From contig JBBILD010000003.1 in NCBI GenBank assembly GCA_037445065.1, forward strand, positions 160,001 through 224,000: a stretch of 64,000 nucleotides of DNA, read 5' to 3'. This DNA comes from Myxococcales bacterium (lineage in GTDB: Bacteria; Desulfobacterota; Binatia; HRBIN30). Made by a program: the position numbers and the translations under genes. Position 1 is the first letter of the stretch, and every line of letters begins with the position of its first letter. The notes below the pieces were generated by a model, which was not told the DNA's origin, made no database searches, and saw nothing but the letters and a program-made list of their open reading frames with translations. This document shows positions 19,537-30,500 of this stretch, piece after piece.

Positions 19537-20055
19537 TCAATGTGGTAGTTGCAGCTCTACTCGATCATCCGGCCTCGCCGGTGGTACCGAAATGACCAGT
19601 GCGAGGGAGCCCTGGTGGTCCGTGTTGCGGAACGCGTGTGCCACGCCTCTCTCGATGAACACCACATCGCCAGCGCGCATGGGAAAAGATTGTGCTCCGA
19701 GCCGGATGACCCCTTTCCCCCTTGCCAAGAAGACAATGAGGTCGTGATCCACGTGTTTATGCAGCGTCTCAGCTCCGTACACGAAAATTCGTTGCAAAAG
19801 AGCTGTTTGGCTGCGCTGCAAGGGCAGCGCCACAATGTCTCTCCGCTCGGCGGGGCGGATCGGGGCTGCGCTCAGCTCGTGCACGGTAACCTCATTTGAG
19901 TAGGCGACGATGGCGCGTGGCTTGGCGCCCACGCAGCCGGTTACCGTACCCAACAGTAGTACCATTCCACACACGTACAGTACCTGGCGGACCCAAGGTG
20001 CCCTCGCAAAGATGGAGACCGTCGCGGTCCTGCGCGAAGTGCGTCGTCGGGCCAT
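19537..20055 (-). CDS. Cupin-domain protein, probable lipoprotein
   Basis: Lipobox-like VTGC after a hydrophobic stretch; H.H..HD and GDVVFI..G.AH cupin motifs. Confidence 0.75.
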   Translation of the reverse strand: MARRRTSRRTATVSIFARAPWVRQVLYVCGMVLLLGTVTGCVGAKPRAIVAYSNEVTVHELSAAPIRPAERRDIVALPLQRSQTALLQRIFVYGAETLHKHVDHDLIVFLARGKGVIRLGAQSFPMRAGDVVFIERGVAHAFRNTDHQGSLALVISVPPARPDDRVELQLPH

Positions 20056-20063
20056 TGCTCGAA

Positions 20064-20978
20064 TCAGCGGTACGACGGGTGGTTGTCTCGTGTGAGCTTT
20101 GTGTGCGGGGGAACTGATTCGACGATCCAGAGATTGCCACCGATCACCGAGCCCTCTCCGATCACGGTGTCGCCGCCCAAAATCGTGGCACCGGAATAGA
20201 TTGTCACATTGTCTTCGATCGTTGGATGGCGTTTGCGGTTGCGCAACAAGACTCCGTCTGCGTCCCGCGGAATACTGAGGGCTCCTAGTGTCACGCCCTG
20301 GTAAAGCTTGACGTTATTGCCAATGACACTGGTTTCGCCGATGACCACGCCGGTGCCGTGGTCGATAAAGAAGCTCCGGCCAATGCGGGCCCCAGGGTGG
20401 ATATCGATCCCGGTCTCGCTGTGCGCGTATTCGGAGAGGATACGGGGGATGATGGGCACTTGCTCCAAGTACAGCTCGTGCGCAATCCGGTGCGTCGTGA
20501 TTGCCTGGATGCCAGGGTAGCTAAAAATGATTTCTTCAACGCTTTTGGCGGCTGGGTCGCCTGCAAACGCGGCCAGAACGTCCAGGTTCAGCAACTCGCG
20601 CAGGTGGGGAAGCTTGTTGAGTAAGCGCAGCACAACGTCCTCTGCCCAACTTGGCTCGCGGGGTACGCTTTCTCGCGCACACAGTTGTTCCCAGCGCTGC
20701 GCTCGGGCAATCTGTTCGACCAGGATCTCATAGGCTGGGTACAAGTGCTCACTGAGCGCGTACCGCAAGTTTCCTTTGGTTAGCGGCCGCGTACTGTAAA
20801 AGCCCATGTAGATCGCGTGCTTGAGATGCTGGAGAGCCTCGATCACGGCACGGCGGTTGGGGAGTGCGGCGCTCTCTAAGCTGTCGATCTCGTGGGTGCC
20901 GTCGTAACTGGCGACCACCGCATCCACGATGCGCTCAAGTTCGTCGTAACGCTTGGGCGGCACGGCCCCGCGAGTCAT
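20064..20978 (-). CDS. cysE: Serine O-acetyltransferase (long N-terminal type)
   Basis: GDPAAKS, YPG, GIDIHPGA.IG, FIDHGTGVVIGET, KRHPT. ATG 20978 supported by promoter geometry. Confidence 0.93.
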   Translation of the reverse strand: MTRGAVPPKRYDELERIVDAVVASYDGTHEIDSLESAALPNRRAVIEALQHLKHAIYMGFYSTRPLTKGNLRYALSEHLYPAYEILVEQIARAQRWEQLCARESVPREPSWAEDVVLRLLNKLPHLRELLNLDVLAAFAGDPAAKSVEEIIFSYPGIQAITTHRIAHELYLEQVPIIPRILSEYAHSETGIDIHPGARIGRSFFIDHGTGVVIGETSVIGNNVKLYQGVTLGALSIPRDADGVLLRNRKRHPTIEDNVTIYSGATILGGDTVIGEGSVIGGNLWIVESVPPHTKLTRDNHPSYR

Positions 20979-20984
20979 GCTCCG

Positions 20985-21013
20985 CACCTAAGGCAGCGGA
21001 ATGCACAGTGCAA
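20985..21013 (-). promoter_or_regulatory. Putative sigma70-type promoter of cysE (would give a leaderless mRNA)
   Basis: TTGCAC-17 nt-TAGGTG, then 6 nt, then ATG. Confidence 0.45.
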
Positions 21014-21048
21014 GTGGGTTGAGTTCACGGTCGTGGAGGTGGGTGCGG

Positions 21049-21822
21049 TCAGAAAGCGTCTTTCAGAGCCCGCACCTTGGCAAAGACCGCGACGATGTCG
21101 TCGCCCACGGTCGGATCTAAGCGCCGCACCGTGGCCCTGAGCTCTTCGCTCCAGCACCGCAAAAACGGGTTTGTCGCCTTTTCTTCCGCGATCGTCGTGG
21201 GCACCGTGGGCAGGCCGTGCCGCCTGAGTTCGAGAACACGCGCGTATTTCTCTTGAAGAGTACGATTGTGCGGCTCGAGGGTCAAGGCAAATTCCAAATT
21301 TTTTTGGGTGTATTCGTGGCCGCAGTAGACTTGGGTCTCAGGCGGCAGAGCACTCAAGCGTTCGAGAGAGCGCAGCATCGTAGCCGCATCCCCTTCGAAG
21401 AGGCGGCCACAACCGCCGGCGAAGAGCGTGTCGCCTGTGAACAGCACTCCGGGCCGTTCGAAATAATACGCGACATGCCCACTGGTGTGCGCGGGAATGA
21501 ACAGCACACGTGCGGTCAAGTTGCCGATGGCCACGCATCCTCCGTCATCCACCTCCTCATTCGCCCCAGGGATGCGGCGCGACTCACCGCGAAGCGCGAT
21601 CACTCGAAGCGGCTTGAAGCGAAGCAAATCGTTATTCCCCCCGACGTGATCGAAGTGGTGGTGCGTGGGCAAGATGGCAACGAGGTCCGCCTTTTGCCGC
21701 TCGACCTCGTCCAGGACCGGCCCGGCCTCGGCACAGTCGATCACGGCTGCTTGATTCGTTTCTCGGTCAATGACCAGGTAGGCGTAGTTATCGCGTAATT
21801 GGGGAATCGGGATCACTTTCAT
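21049..21822 (-). CDS. gloB: Hydroxyacylglutathione hydrolase (glyoxalase II)
   Basis: DNYAY, THHHFDHVGG, GDTLFAGGCGRLFEG, CGHEYT..NL.FA, EKATNPFLR. Confidence 0.95.
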   Translation of the reverse strand: MKVIPIPQLRDNYAYLVIDRETNQAAVIDCAEAGPVLDEVERQKADLVAILPTHHHFDHVGGNNDLLRFKPLRVIALRGESRRIPGANEEVDDGGCVAIGNLTARVLFIPAHTSGHVAYYFERPGVLFTGDTLFAGGCGRLFEGDAATMLRSLERLSALPPETQVYCGHEYTQKNLEFALTLEPHNRTLQEKYARVLELRRHGLPTVPTTIAEEKATNPFLRCWSEELRATVRRLDPTVGDDIVAVFAKVRALKDAF

Positions 21823-22874
21823 TCTGGGTTCTCGGACTCCTTTGATTCATCACTGGCCGCCGTGCGCCGAAGGCCCAGGATTTCCTCGACGTGCCGTACG
21901 CGTTGGAGGAGTTCGGGTAGGCGGTGGAGAGCAGCCTCTTGGCGGCGCCAACGGCGAATATCCACCGCCGGTGAGCCGCCCACCGTGCTGCCAGGTGGCA
22001 CATTGCTGTGAAGGCCCGACTGTGCGGCGACCTGGGCTCCGTCCCCAACCTCCAAGTGGCCAGCACTGCCGACTTGACCGCCGAGGCGCACAAACCGGCC
22101 GACTCGGGTGCTGCCGGAAAGGCCGGTTTGTGCGGCAATCACGGATCCCTCACCGATTTGGCAGCCGTGTGCGATCATGACCAGGTTGTCGATCTTCACG
22201 GACCGTCCGATCCTTGTAGCCCCAACTGCTGCGCGATCCACAGTTGTGTTGGCACCGATCTCGACATCGTCCTCGATGATCACTGTTCCGGCTTGAGTGA
22301 TCCGCCGGACGGACCCGTCAGCCCGCAACACGAAACCGAACCCATCACCGCCAATGACGCAGCCGCTCTGCAGGGTTACACGATTACCAATCACGACCCG
22401 TTCGCGCACGGTGACGTGCGCATGCGCTACGAAGTCGTCGCCAATCTGCACCTCGGGGTACAGAACGACGTGAGCGTCCAGGTAGGCACGCGCGCCGATC
22501 CGAACGCCGGGACCAATGACGGAATACGGTCCGATCGAAGCCTCCGGTCCGATGCTTGCCGTCGGATCAATCACGGCGGTTGGGTGAATACCGGAGAAGC
22601 GTGGCGGAGGAACATAAAACAGGTCGAGCGCGCGTGCGAAGGTTTCGTAAGGATCCAAGGCTCGCAGCGTTGGGAGGGAAACCTCACCTTCGTTTCGTCC
22701 GACGATCACGGCGGAGGCACGGGTCTGGGCCAGGTATGGTCGGTAACGCGGGTTGGCGAGGAAAGTGAGATCGCCTCGTTCAGCCTCTTGGATGGGCATG
22801 ACCCGGTGAATTTCGACCTCCCCGTCACCTTGAAGTTCGCATCCAAGAATCTCAGCGAGATCGGCTAGCTTCAT
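21819..22874 (-). CDS. lpxD: UDP-3-O-(3-hydroxyacyl)glucosamine N-acyltransferase
   Basis: LTFLAN..Y, hexapeptide repeats, [25 protein letters not shown]. Confidence 0.96.
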   Translation of the reverse strand: MKLADLAEILGCELQGDGEVEIHRVMPIQEAERGDLTFLANPRYRPYLAQTRASAVIVGRNEGEVSLPTLRALDPYETFARALDLFYVPPPRFSGIHPTAVIDPTASIGPEASIGPYSVIGPGVRIGARAYLDAHVVLYPEVQIGDDFVAHAHVTVRERVVIGNRVTLQSGCVIGGDGFGFVLRADGSVRRITQAGTVIIEDDVEIGANTTVDRAAVGATRIGRSVKIDNLVMIAHGCQIGEGSVIAAQTGLSGSTRVGRFVRLGGQVGSAGHLEVGDGAQVAAQSGLHSNVPPGSTVGGSPAVDIRRWRRQEAALHRLPELLQRVRHVEEILGLRRTAASDESKESENPE

Positions 22875-22906
22875 GCTCGTTCCTTCTAAGCAGAGAAGCC
22901 GTTGCG

Positions 22907-22989
22907 CCGGTAGCTACGCTCGCGGGCTCAGGCAAAACTTGTGTCCTGTCCCCGGTTCGATTGCTCCTCCGAGGGGGCTGTGTTACAAG
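22907..22989. promoter_or_regulatory. Divergent sigma70-type promoters for lpxD (-) and hisI (+)
   Basis: Minus strand TTGCCT-17-TACCGG (22935-22907); plus strand TTGCTC-17-TACAAG (22961-22989). Confidence 0.4.
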
Positions 22990-23001
22990 CCGCCGCCGCT
23001 T

Positions 23002-23367
23002 ATGCAACAGGAACCAGACTTTGACAAGCGCGGTGGCCTAGTGGTGGCGGTGGCGCAGGACGCGGACAGTGGCGAAGTCCTGATGGTTGCCTACATGAAC
23101 CGTGAGGCATGGCAGCGCACGCTAGCCACGGGCCGAGCTTGCTACTGGAGCACATCGCGGCAGAAGCTTTGGGTGAAGGGTGAGACATCCGGCCACTTTC
23201 AAGAAGTCGCGGAAGTGCGGGTGGACTGTGATTCGGATGCGGTTCTGTTGAAAGTGCGCCAGCTTGGGGGAGCGGCTTGCCACGAAGGCTACAAGAGCTG
23301 TTTTTTTCGCCGGGTTGATCCGCAAGGGTGGACGGTGGTCGAGTCACGGGTAGTCGCGCCTGAGTAA
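23002..23367 (+). CDS. hisI: Phosphoribosyl-AMP cyclohydrolase (monofunctional)
   Basis: [34 protein letters not shown]. Confidence 0.96.
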   Translation: MQQEPDFDKRGGLVVAVAQDADSGEVLMVAYMNREAWQRTLATGRACYWSTSRQKLWVKGETSGHFQEVAEVRVDCDSDAVLLKVRQLGGAACHEGYKSCFFRRVDPQGWTVVESRVVAPE

Positions 23368-23390
23368 ACCCGTTTCCGGGGTGTTGAACG

Positions 23391-24302
23391 ATGGAGGCAC
23401 CTTCCGCGCAGCAGCGGCTCAAGCTGGGAATTCCAAAAGGGAGTTTGCAAGAAGCCACGGTTGAACTCTTTCGCCGCGCAGGGTGGAAAATTGCGATTTC
23501 GGATCGCAGTTACTTCCCGACGATCGACGACCCTACGATCCGGTGTTCACTGGTGCGCGCCCAGGAGATGGCTCGGTACGTGGAGGACGGCACCTTGGAC
23601 GCTGGGATTACGGGCATCGATTGGATTCGTGAGAACAACGCCAACGTACAGGTGGTGTGTGATTTGGTGTATTCGAAGTCGAGTTTTCGCCCGACTCGCT
23701 GGGTCCTTGTGGTTCCTGAGGATTCACCGGTTCAAAAACCCGAGGACTTGCGCGGGAAAAGAATCGCCACCGAGCTCGTGAACTTTACCCGCAAGTACTT
23801 TGCGGAGAGAAACATCCCCGTCGAAGTGGAATTTTCGTGGGGAGCGACCGAGGCGAAAGCGGCTGATGGTCTGGTAGATGCGATTGTCGAGGTCACCGAA
23901 ACGGGAAGTACGATCCGCGCAAATCGATTGCGTATCGTTTGTGAACTCTTTCAATCGAACCCGCAGCTCATCGCGAACGCACGCGCGTGGGAGGAAGCCT
24001 GGAAGCGTGCAAAGATCGAGCAGATTGCTTTGCTGCTCCAAGGAGCACTGGAAGCGGAGGGCAAAGTGGGAATTAAAATGAACGTTCCGAAAAGTCGGCT
24101 CGAGCAAGTGGTGGCGCTCATACCGAGTCTGACCGCACCCACCGTTTCGCCCTTGTTTCCGACGGGGGCTCTAGCCGGGCAAGAATGGTACGCGGTGGAA
24201 AGCGTGATTCCTGAGGCACAGGTGCGGGAATTAATCCCCCGCTTGATTCGTGAAGGGGCGACCGGGATTATCGAGTATCCGCTGAACAAAATCGTGGGCT
24301 AA
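23391..24302 (+). CDS. hisG: ATP phosphoribosyltransferase, long form
   Basis: PKGSL, D.GITG.D, GATE, ETGST, C-terminal ACT-like PT.S.L domain. Confidence 0.96.
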   Translation: MEAPSAQQRLKLGIPKGSLQEATVELFRRAGWKIAISDRSYFPTIDDPTIRCSLVRAQEMARYVEDGTLDAGITGIDWIRENNANVQVVCDLVYSKSSFRPTRWVLVVPEDSPVQKPEDLRGKRIATELVNFTRKYFAERNIPVEVEFSWGATEAKAADGLVDAIVEVTETGSTIRANRLRIVCELFQSNPQLIANARAWEEAWKRAKIEQIALLLQGALEAEGKVGIKMNVPKSRLEQVVALIPSLTAPTVSPLFPTGALAGQEWYAVESVIPEAQVRELIPRLIREGATGIIEYPLNKIVG

Positions 24303-24323
24303 CTGTTCGCGTGCGGGTGAGAC

Positions 24324-24716
24324 ATGGCGCGAGTAATTCATGGCAAATGGTGGGCCCACTGTCTCGTTGCTGGACTCCTGTTTTTGGGAGGCTGCGAGAC
24401 AGATACAGAGGCTCGGGCCCGCAAGGCCGCCGAGAAGATCAAGGAGTCCATACCGGACGTGCAAGCGCGAGCGTTGGCTCAACCGGTCACCGAAGAGGAT
24501 GTTCGCCTGGCACAAACCGCGCTGCGCGCTGTGCACGAATACTTGGGCGAAATCAACGGTAAGTTGGATTCTGTAACGGTGAATGCGATCCAAGCGTTCC
24601 AGCGGTCGCGCGGACTGCGGGACGACGGGATTCTGGACGAGCGGACCAAACAGGAGTTGCGCGCGGTGTTAGAGAGTGGAAGCGAGGCGGCGCGCAAGGC
24701 TTCTGGCAGTCGCTGA
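24324..24716 (+). CDS. Lipoprotein with peptidoglycan-binding domain
   Basis: Lipobox FLGGC; Q..L.....Y.G.I.G....T..AI..FQ...GL..DG. Confidence 0.85.
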   Translation: MARVIHGKWWAHCLVAGLLFLGGCETDTEARARKAAEKIKESIPDVQARALAQPVTEEDVRLAQTALRAVHEYLGEINGKLDSVTVNAIQAFQRSRGLRDDGILDERTKQELRAVLESGSEAARKASGSR

Positions 24717-24801
24717 AACAGCGTTCGCCCGAAGTGACCCAAAACTCTCGAACTAGCGACGTTAGCCAAGCCGGTGCTTCAGCGTCCGATAGGGGCAGGA
24801 C

Positions 24802-26052
24802 GTGAATACGCGCAATCAGGTGGTCGCGTTTGGTCTGAGCGCCATGGCGGTCGCGTACTTGGACCGCGTTTGCATCGCGGCTGCCGCACCGAAGATCCGC
24901 GCCGACTTGGCGCTCAGCGATGCGCAACTCGGCTACGTATTCAGTGCTTTTACCTTAGCCTATGCGCTGTTCGAAATGCCCAGCGGGTACTTGGCAGATC
25001 GTTTCGGGGCGCGTTTGATGATGGCGCGGATCGTTGTATGGTGGTCTGGCCTGACCACGCTCACCGGCGCCGCAACCGGTTTCTTTTCTCTGCTCGTCAC
25101 CCGCTTTTTGTTCGGTGTTGGAGAGGCGGGTGTGATGCCGACCCTGGCGCGAGCGTTCGGGCGTTGGTTACCGTGGCATGAGAGTGGGCGCGCTTTTGGT
25201 GCCACCATTATGGCGGGCGCAGTGGCGGGAGCCGTGACCCAGCCGCTTGCCATGGCCTTGTTCGAAGAGATTGGTTGGCGAGCTGGATTCGTTTGCTTCG
25301 GTTGTGTCGGCCTTGTTTGGGTCTGGTTCTGGTTGCGCTGGTTCTATGATGAGCCCCAGCTGCACCCGCGTATTCGTCCGGAGGAACTCCAGTTGATCTT
25401 GGCGCAGCGGGTAGGGGAAGGGTCAGGAATCCATTGGACGAAGACTCTGTTGCGCAATGAGTACCTAGGGCTCTGCGGGAGCTACTTTCTGGTGATTTAC
25501 GGCTGGTACTTCTACATCACTTGGTTGCCGTCGTACTTGATTCGCGCGCGCGGATTCGGAGCTTTGGAGGCGGGAGGGTTCGCTGCCTTACCGTTGGTTG
25601 CCATTGCGGTCGGCGTCGCCCTAGGCGGCTGGCTTAGTGACGCACTTTCTAAGCGCTTTGGAGGGGTGCTCGGGAGGGGGTTGCCGGGATCGCTAGGACT
25701 CTTCGCGGCGGCGAGTTGCTTGGGTGGCAGCGTTCACGTGGAGCACGCGGTTTGGGCGGCGGCGTTGCTCTCCGTGGCTGCGGGTTTCGCCGCTCTGAGC
25801 GTGGCTCCTGCTTGGGCCGCGTGCAACGAGCTGGGTGGCAAGGACGCGGGTGTTCTCACCGGGGGGATGAACATGTGCGGGAACTTTGGGGGAGCGCTGA
25901 ACGGTGTGGTGATCGGCTGGATGCAAGAAGCCTGGGGTTCTTGGGATTCGGGTCTGTGGACGATCGTTGTGGGGTACTTTCTTGGGGCTTTGCTCTGGTT
26001 ATGGATGAGCTGTCCGAAGTACGTGCGCTCTCTCCCACGCGCAGGGAGGTAG
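24802..26052 (+). CDS. MFS transporter (anion:cation symporter-like)
   Basis: YLDR..I, P.G.LADRFG.R, RFLFG.GEAG, WLP.YL, G.MN..GN.GG. Confidence 0.9.
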   Translation: MNTRNQVVAFGLSAMAVAYLDRVCIAAAAPKIRADLALSDAQLGYVFSAFTLAYALFEMPSGYLADRFGARLMMARIVVWWSGLTTLTGAATGFFSLLVTRFLFGVGEAGVMPTLARAFGRWLPWHESGRAFGATIMAGAVAGAVTQPLAMALFEEIGWRAGFVCFGCVGLVWVWFWLRWFYDEPQLHPRIRPEELQLILAQRVGEGSGIHWTKTLLRNEYLGLCGSYFLVIYGWYFYITWLPSYLIRARGFGALEAGGFAALPLVAIAVGVALGGWLSDALSKRFGGVLGRGLPGSLGLFAAASCLGGSVHVEHAVWAAALLSVAAGFAALSVAPAWAACNELGGKDAGVLTGGMNMCGNFGGALNGVVIGWMQEAWGSWDSGLWTIVVGYFLGALLWLWMSCPKYVRSLPRAGR

Positions 26053-26061
26053 TGGTTGAAA

Positions 26062-27444
26062 TCAGTGCTTTGTCAGAAGCTCGTACCCGGATTGTCTGCC
26101 ACGCTGGATGAGTAGAAGTACGGAGTCGCCTGCGCGGGCAAGCGCTGTCTCGCACGAGCGAACCGAGCTCACCGGCTGTTGGTCTACTTGCCGAATCACG
26201 TCTCCAGGCTGCAGCCCGGCTTGGTCAGCCGGGCTTGCAGGAAGGACTTGCCGGATCACGACGCCGCGCGTGCCTCGGGGGATACCGAGCCGACTGGCAA
26301 GATGGGGGGTCAAATCCGTGAGCACCAAGCCCCATTCCGCGGCGGCCTGTTGCCCCGTTCGACCACGATCTTCGAACCCAGGCTGATCGGCAATCGTGAC
26401 TCTCGTCTGGAATTGTTTGCCATTCCGGATGTACGCTAGGGGCGCCTTCGTGCCCACCGGCAGTTCAGCGATCTTCGCGGTGAGCTGGCGGCTTTCTTCG
26501 ATAGCCACGCCATTGAACTCCACCACTATATCGCCCCGTTCTAGACCAGCCTTTTCCGCTGGACTTGCGGGTTCGACCTCGACAACGAGTGCCCCCCGCG
26601 GCCGGTCCAACCCGAAGGCGTCAGCCATGTCCTGCGTGACATCCTGGATAGAAATGCCCAGCCAGCCGCGAATCACTCGGCCGTGCTCTTTGAGTTCGCT
26701 GATCACCTTGCGGGCGAGGTTGATCGGGATGGCGAACCCGATACCAATATTACCGCCACTACGGCTCAAAATGGCCGAGTTGATTCCTACGACCTCGCCC
26801 TTGAGATTGAGAAGGGGACCGCCTGAGTTTCCCGGGTTAATGGAGGCGTCGGTCTGGATGAAGTCATCGTAGGGCCCAGCTCCAATCGCACGATCTTTGG
26901 CGCTCACGATGCCGGCAGTAACCGTTGAGGCTAAGCCGAAGGGGTTACCGACAGCGACTACCCAGTCGCCCACTTCGAGCGAGTCAGAATCACCTAGTGT
27001 GGCGGCGGGCAGGGGGTTGCGGGGGCGGATCTTGAGCAGGGCAATGTCTGTTTTCTGATCCATTCCCACTAACCGGGCGTCGTACTCCTCACGCGTCGCG
27101 AGCCGGACACGGATTTGCTGCGCCATAGCCACGACGTGTGCATTCGTCACGACGTAGCCATCGCCGCTGACGATAAATCCTGAGCCGAGGCTCTGTTGCT
27201 TTTGGGCGAAATAGGGTAGCCCAGGACCGAAGAATTGGCGGAAAAAGTCCTCGACAGGATCTCCCGTACTGCCGGGCACGCGCACGACGCGCGTCGAAAA
27301 GATATGCACCACGATCGAGCGAGCTGCCCGGGCGACGGGTGCAAACGACTCTGGAACTGAATTCAGGGCCAGTGCGTGCTGTGTTCCCCACCACAGCGTG
27401 ACTGCGGCCCCGAGGGAGGGGATGAGGGCGAGTTTGCTGCGCAT
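26062..27444 (-). CDS. degP: DegP/DegQ periplasmic serine endoprotease with two PDZ domains
   Basis: LGSGFI, TNAHVV, DIALLK, IQTDASINPGNSGGPL; signal peptide from ATG 27444. Confidence 0.95.
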   Translation of the reverse strand: MRSKLALIPSLGAAVTLWWGTQHALALNSVPESFAPVARAARSIVVHIFSTRVVRVPGSTGDPVEDFFRQFFGPGLPYFAQKQQSLGSGFIVSGDGYVVTNAHVVAMAQQIRVRLATREEYDARLVGMDQKTDIALLKIRPRNPLPAATLGDSDSLEVGDWVVAVGNPFGLASTVTAGIVSAKDRAIGAGPYDDFIQTDASINPGNSGGPLLNLKGEVVGINSAILSRSGGNIGIGFAIPINLARKVISELKEHGRVIRGWLGISIQDVTQDMADAFGLDRPRGALVVEVEPASPAEKAGLERGDIVVEFNGVAIEESRQLTAKIAELPVGTKAPLAYIRNGKQFQTRVTIADQPGFEDRGRTGQQAAAEWGLVLTDLTPHLASRLGIPRGTRGVVIRQVLPASPADQAGLQPGDVIRQVDQQPVSSVRSCETALARAGDSVLLLIQRGRQSGYELLTKH

Positions 27445-27531
27445 GGATTTGTGAGCGCGGTTCGCTAGCAGCACAGCGGTGAAGAATCTAGCTTCGTAGC
27501 TGTGTGGCGGTTGCCGAGCGGGGAGCGGGAG

Positions 27532-30500
27532 ATGAGCGAAAGACGCAGGCTTCGCCGGTTCGTGATTGCTGCGGCAACTGCGGCTCTCCTCGCTCTGGCA
27601 GTGCTCGTCTTGTTTTCGTCCCTGCGCGGGTACTTGGAGCGGCGGGTAGCAGATTGGGTGCGAGAGGTGCTGCCCCGTAGTTGCGCGGTTCGCATCCTGC
27701 GCCTGAGCATGATTCCTCCGCAGGTTGGAGCTGGCGGCGTAAAGTGTGGCGGTCCGTTCTTGGAGGCCGAGGAACTTCAAGTGTGGTTGGATGTTGCCTC
27801 ATCGTTGAGGAACCGAGAACTGCGGTTCTTTGTGCGCGCCCACGGTGTTCTGCTCGACTGGCGCCTCGAGGGAGCGGAGGATCAGTCAGCGGGGGAAGTC
27901 GAGATAGCTGGTGAGGCGTGGGGGTTTCCGATTGTGGCCTCATTCGAGGTGGAAGGGTTAGCGATGCGGTTACCTTATCCCGGACTGCTCGATGTCGACC
28001 TCTCCGCGCAACGGGCCGAAGGATGGATTCGAGTACGTCCCCGATGGGATCGGGGCGAGATGCAGTTGGCGGCGCGTTTTGTTCGCTGGCAGCGCGGGAA
28101 CGCGGGGATAAACGCCCGAGAGCTGGATGCAAAGGTTCAATGGAACATGGTTGCCGTGCAGCTGGAGCAGTTGCGTGTGCAGGGCGACGCGTTCTCGATT
28201 GCTGCTCAGTGGGACGGCGTAGAAAAGACCCTCTTCCGGTTGCATGTCCCAGTTTTGTTTGTCGGGGCGTTCTTAAACCTTCCTGAGGATTTCGGGGGCG
28301 AATTGGAGGCAGAGGGAAGTCTCGAGGGAAGCTTGTTGGATCCCCGTGTCGAGGCCGTCGTGATGCTTCGCAATGGTGTTTACCGAAATCGAGCGCTGGA
28401 TCAATTTTCGACCGTTCTTCTGCGGGCAGGGGGCTTGGTCTCGCTCGAGCGCGCTCGCGGCCGCTTTGGTGAAGGCGACTTGAGTGGGGAAGTGCTGTTT
28501 TCCTTGACGGAACCACCGTGGATGCAGGTGGCCCTCAGTTTTCGTTGTGGGCACACAACGGAGTGTGAAGGGATCCAGTTGCTCGGTAGGACGGGGCCAG
28601 TGGTTCGACCCGTGGCAGGGGAACTTCTTGCGGTGGGCACCCTCGACCCTCTCGGCGTCGAGTGGAGTGCCGGTGGGGAGGTTTCTCTGGGTGATAGAGG
28701 GGAAGGCCAGTCGTACAACCTGACATGGGGAGCCGACGGTCACCTGGACTCGGACGGTGTCGCGGCAGGCGGAACGTTGAGGGGCGAATCCCTTGGAACA
28801 CTGGGATTTCAGGCTCACTGGCGCGATAACGAGGTAGCTTTGTTTGGAGAAATCGAAACCGAACAAGTGAGAAATCTGATCGCCGTGTTCGGGGCTCGTC
28901 CGGCGCTTCCGGCAATCGAGGGGCGATGGAAAGTGGTTGGGCAGGCTGAGGGGCCAATGTCTGCCTTGGCTTGGCGGGCGCACCTGCTCGCATCCTCTGT
29001 ACGTGTCGGGCAGCAGGTAATGGAGAGTTTGCGCTGCAAAGCCTCTGGGCTCGGGAGATCCTGGAAAGTCGAGGAGTGCGACTTTCTGCAGGACAGTGAC
29101 AAACGACTCCAGCTGAGCCTGGTAGCGGCGGACAACTGGACCGAACGCATCCGGATGCGTGCGAGAGCAAACGCCTTTTCCTTGGATTTCGTTTGGCCGT
29201 TAGTTGGTTCCGTCGTGCCTTTGGGAAACCTGGTTTCAGGCGGCGTTGTCACGGGTGCGTGGGAGTGGCCGCCAGCGCGAGAGAATCGGATCACGATCGG
29301 GTCTTTGCGTCTCTTAGGAGAGCCGATCCGCGAAGCCCAAATCGTGTTAGGCCCGCTCGGAACATTGGGGCAGCAGGTGCATGCCGAAATCGAACTCTTG
29401 GAAGCTGGCAAGATTGTGCTCAGCGGCCAGATACTCGCGGATAGAGATGGGAGGTTGGAAATCAAAAGCGACGCGTTGGACGTGTCGCGCTTGCGACTTG
29501 CGCGTGATTGGCAAGTGGCAGGACGCGCGGAAGTGACTGGCGAAATGGACATGCAGTGGCCTCCGGAGCACGGTGCGTTCCGCTTCTTGATCCAAGGGGC
29601 CGGTTGGCGCGGTTGGGAGCTGGGAGAGGTAGATGCCGGGGTCACAATCGGGGAGAGAGAATGGAGGCTGGAAGCGAAGGCACTCGAGGGGCAGGTCGTC
29701 CTGAGCAGTACTGTGCAGCCCGGTGGGCCGCTGCCCTTCGATTTAGGTGTCAGGCTGAACGTGAGTCGGATTGTAGCCTTGGAGCGTCGAGGCTTGAGTG
29801 TGGCGTTACGAGGCGGGGCCTCGCTTCGGGGACAACTCGCACCGTGGGAGGTGCAACGCGGTGAATTAGAGTTCACGAACTGTGAGTTACGGAGGGGGTT
29901 TTTTACGATCCGGCTCAGTCAGCCGTTCGTAGCGCGGTTCGACGAAAAAGAAATCGCGGTTCCGACAGTGAATTTCGAATTGCCGAGCGGCCGGGCGAGC
30001 TTTTCTGCGTTTCGCTCAGGTAGAAACCGCTGGGAGGCGAAGCTCCGTGCAGATGCGGACATTTCGTGGATTTCCGGCGTATTTGCGGAGGGCCTGGCAG
30101 TTGGGGGACACGTCACGATCGCAGTGGATCTTGAGCGTGACGAAGGAGGTGACTGGCGGAGCAGCGGGGAAGCTCGACTCGTACAAGGCAGCTTCGAGCG
30201 AGATGGAATGCCCGCCATTAATGATGCGGCAGTGTTTGTAAGGCTAGAAGAAACGCAGGTTCCGCAACTACGCGCATCCGGGAACCTAGGCCGGGGTAGA
30301 TTCGATATTCATGGCCGGGCCGATTTGAACGACGGTCCTGCGCTCGTTTGGGAGATCCACGACGTGGAACTAGAAGATCTAGCTGGATGGGAGGCCGTGC
30401 TTGAGGGTCGCGGAACGCTGAACGGTGGTTGGGACAGTCTGGTTTGGAGTGGTGACCTGGTGATCGAGCGAGCCGAGTACAGAGCAGATGTGGGCTTGCT

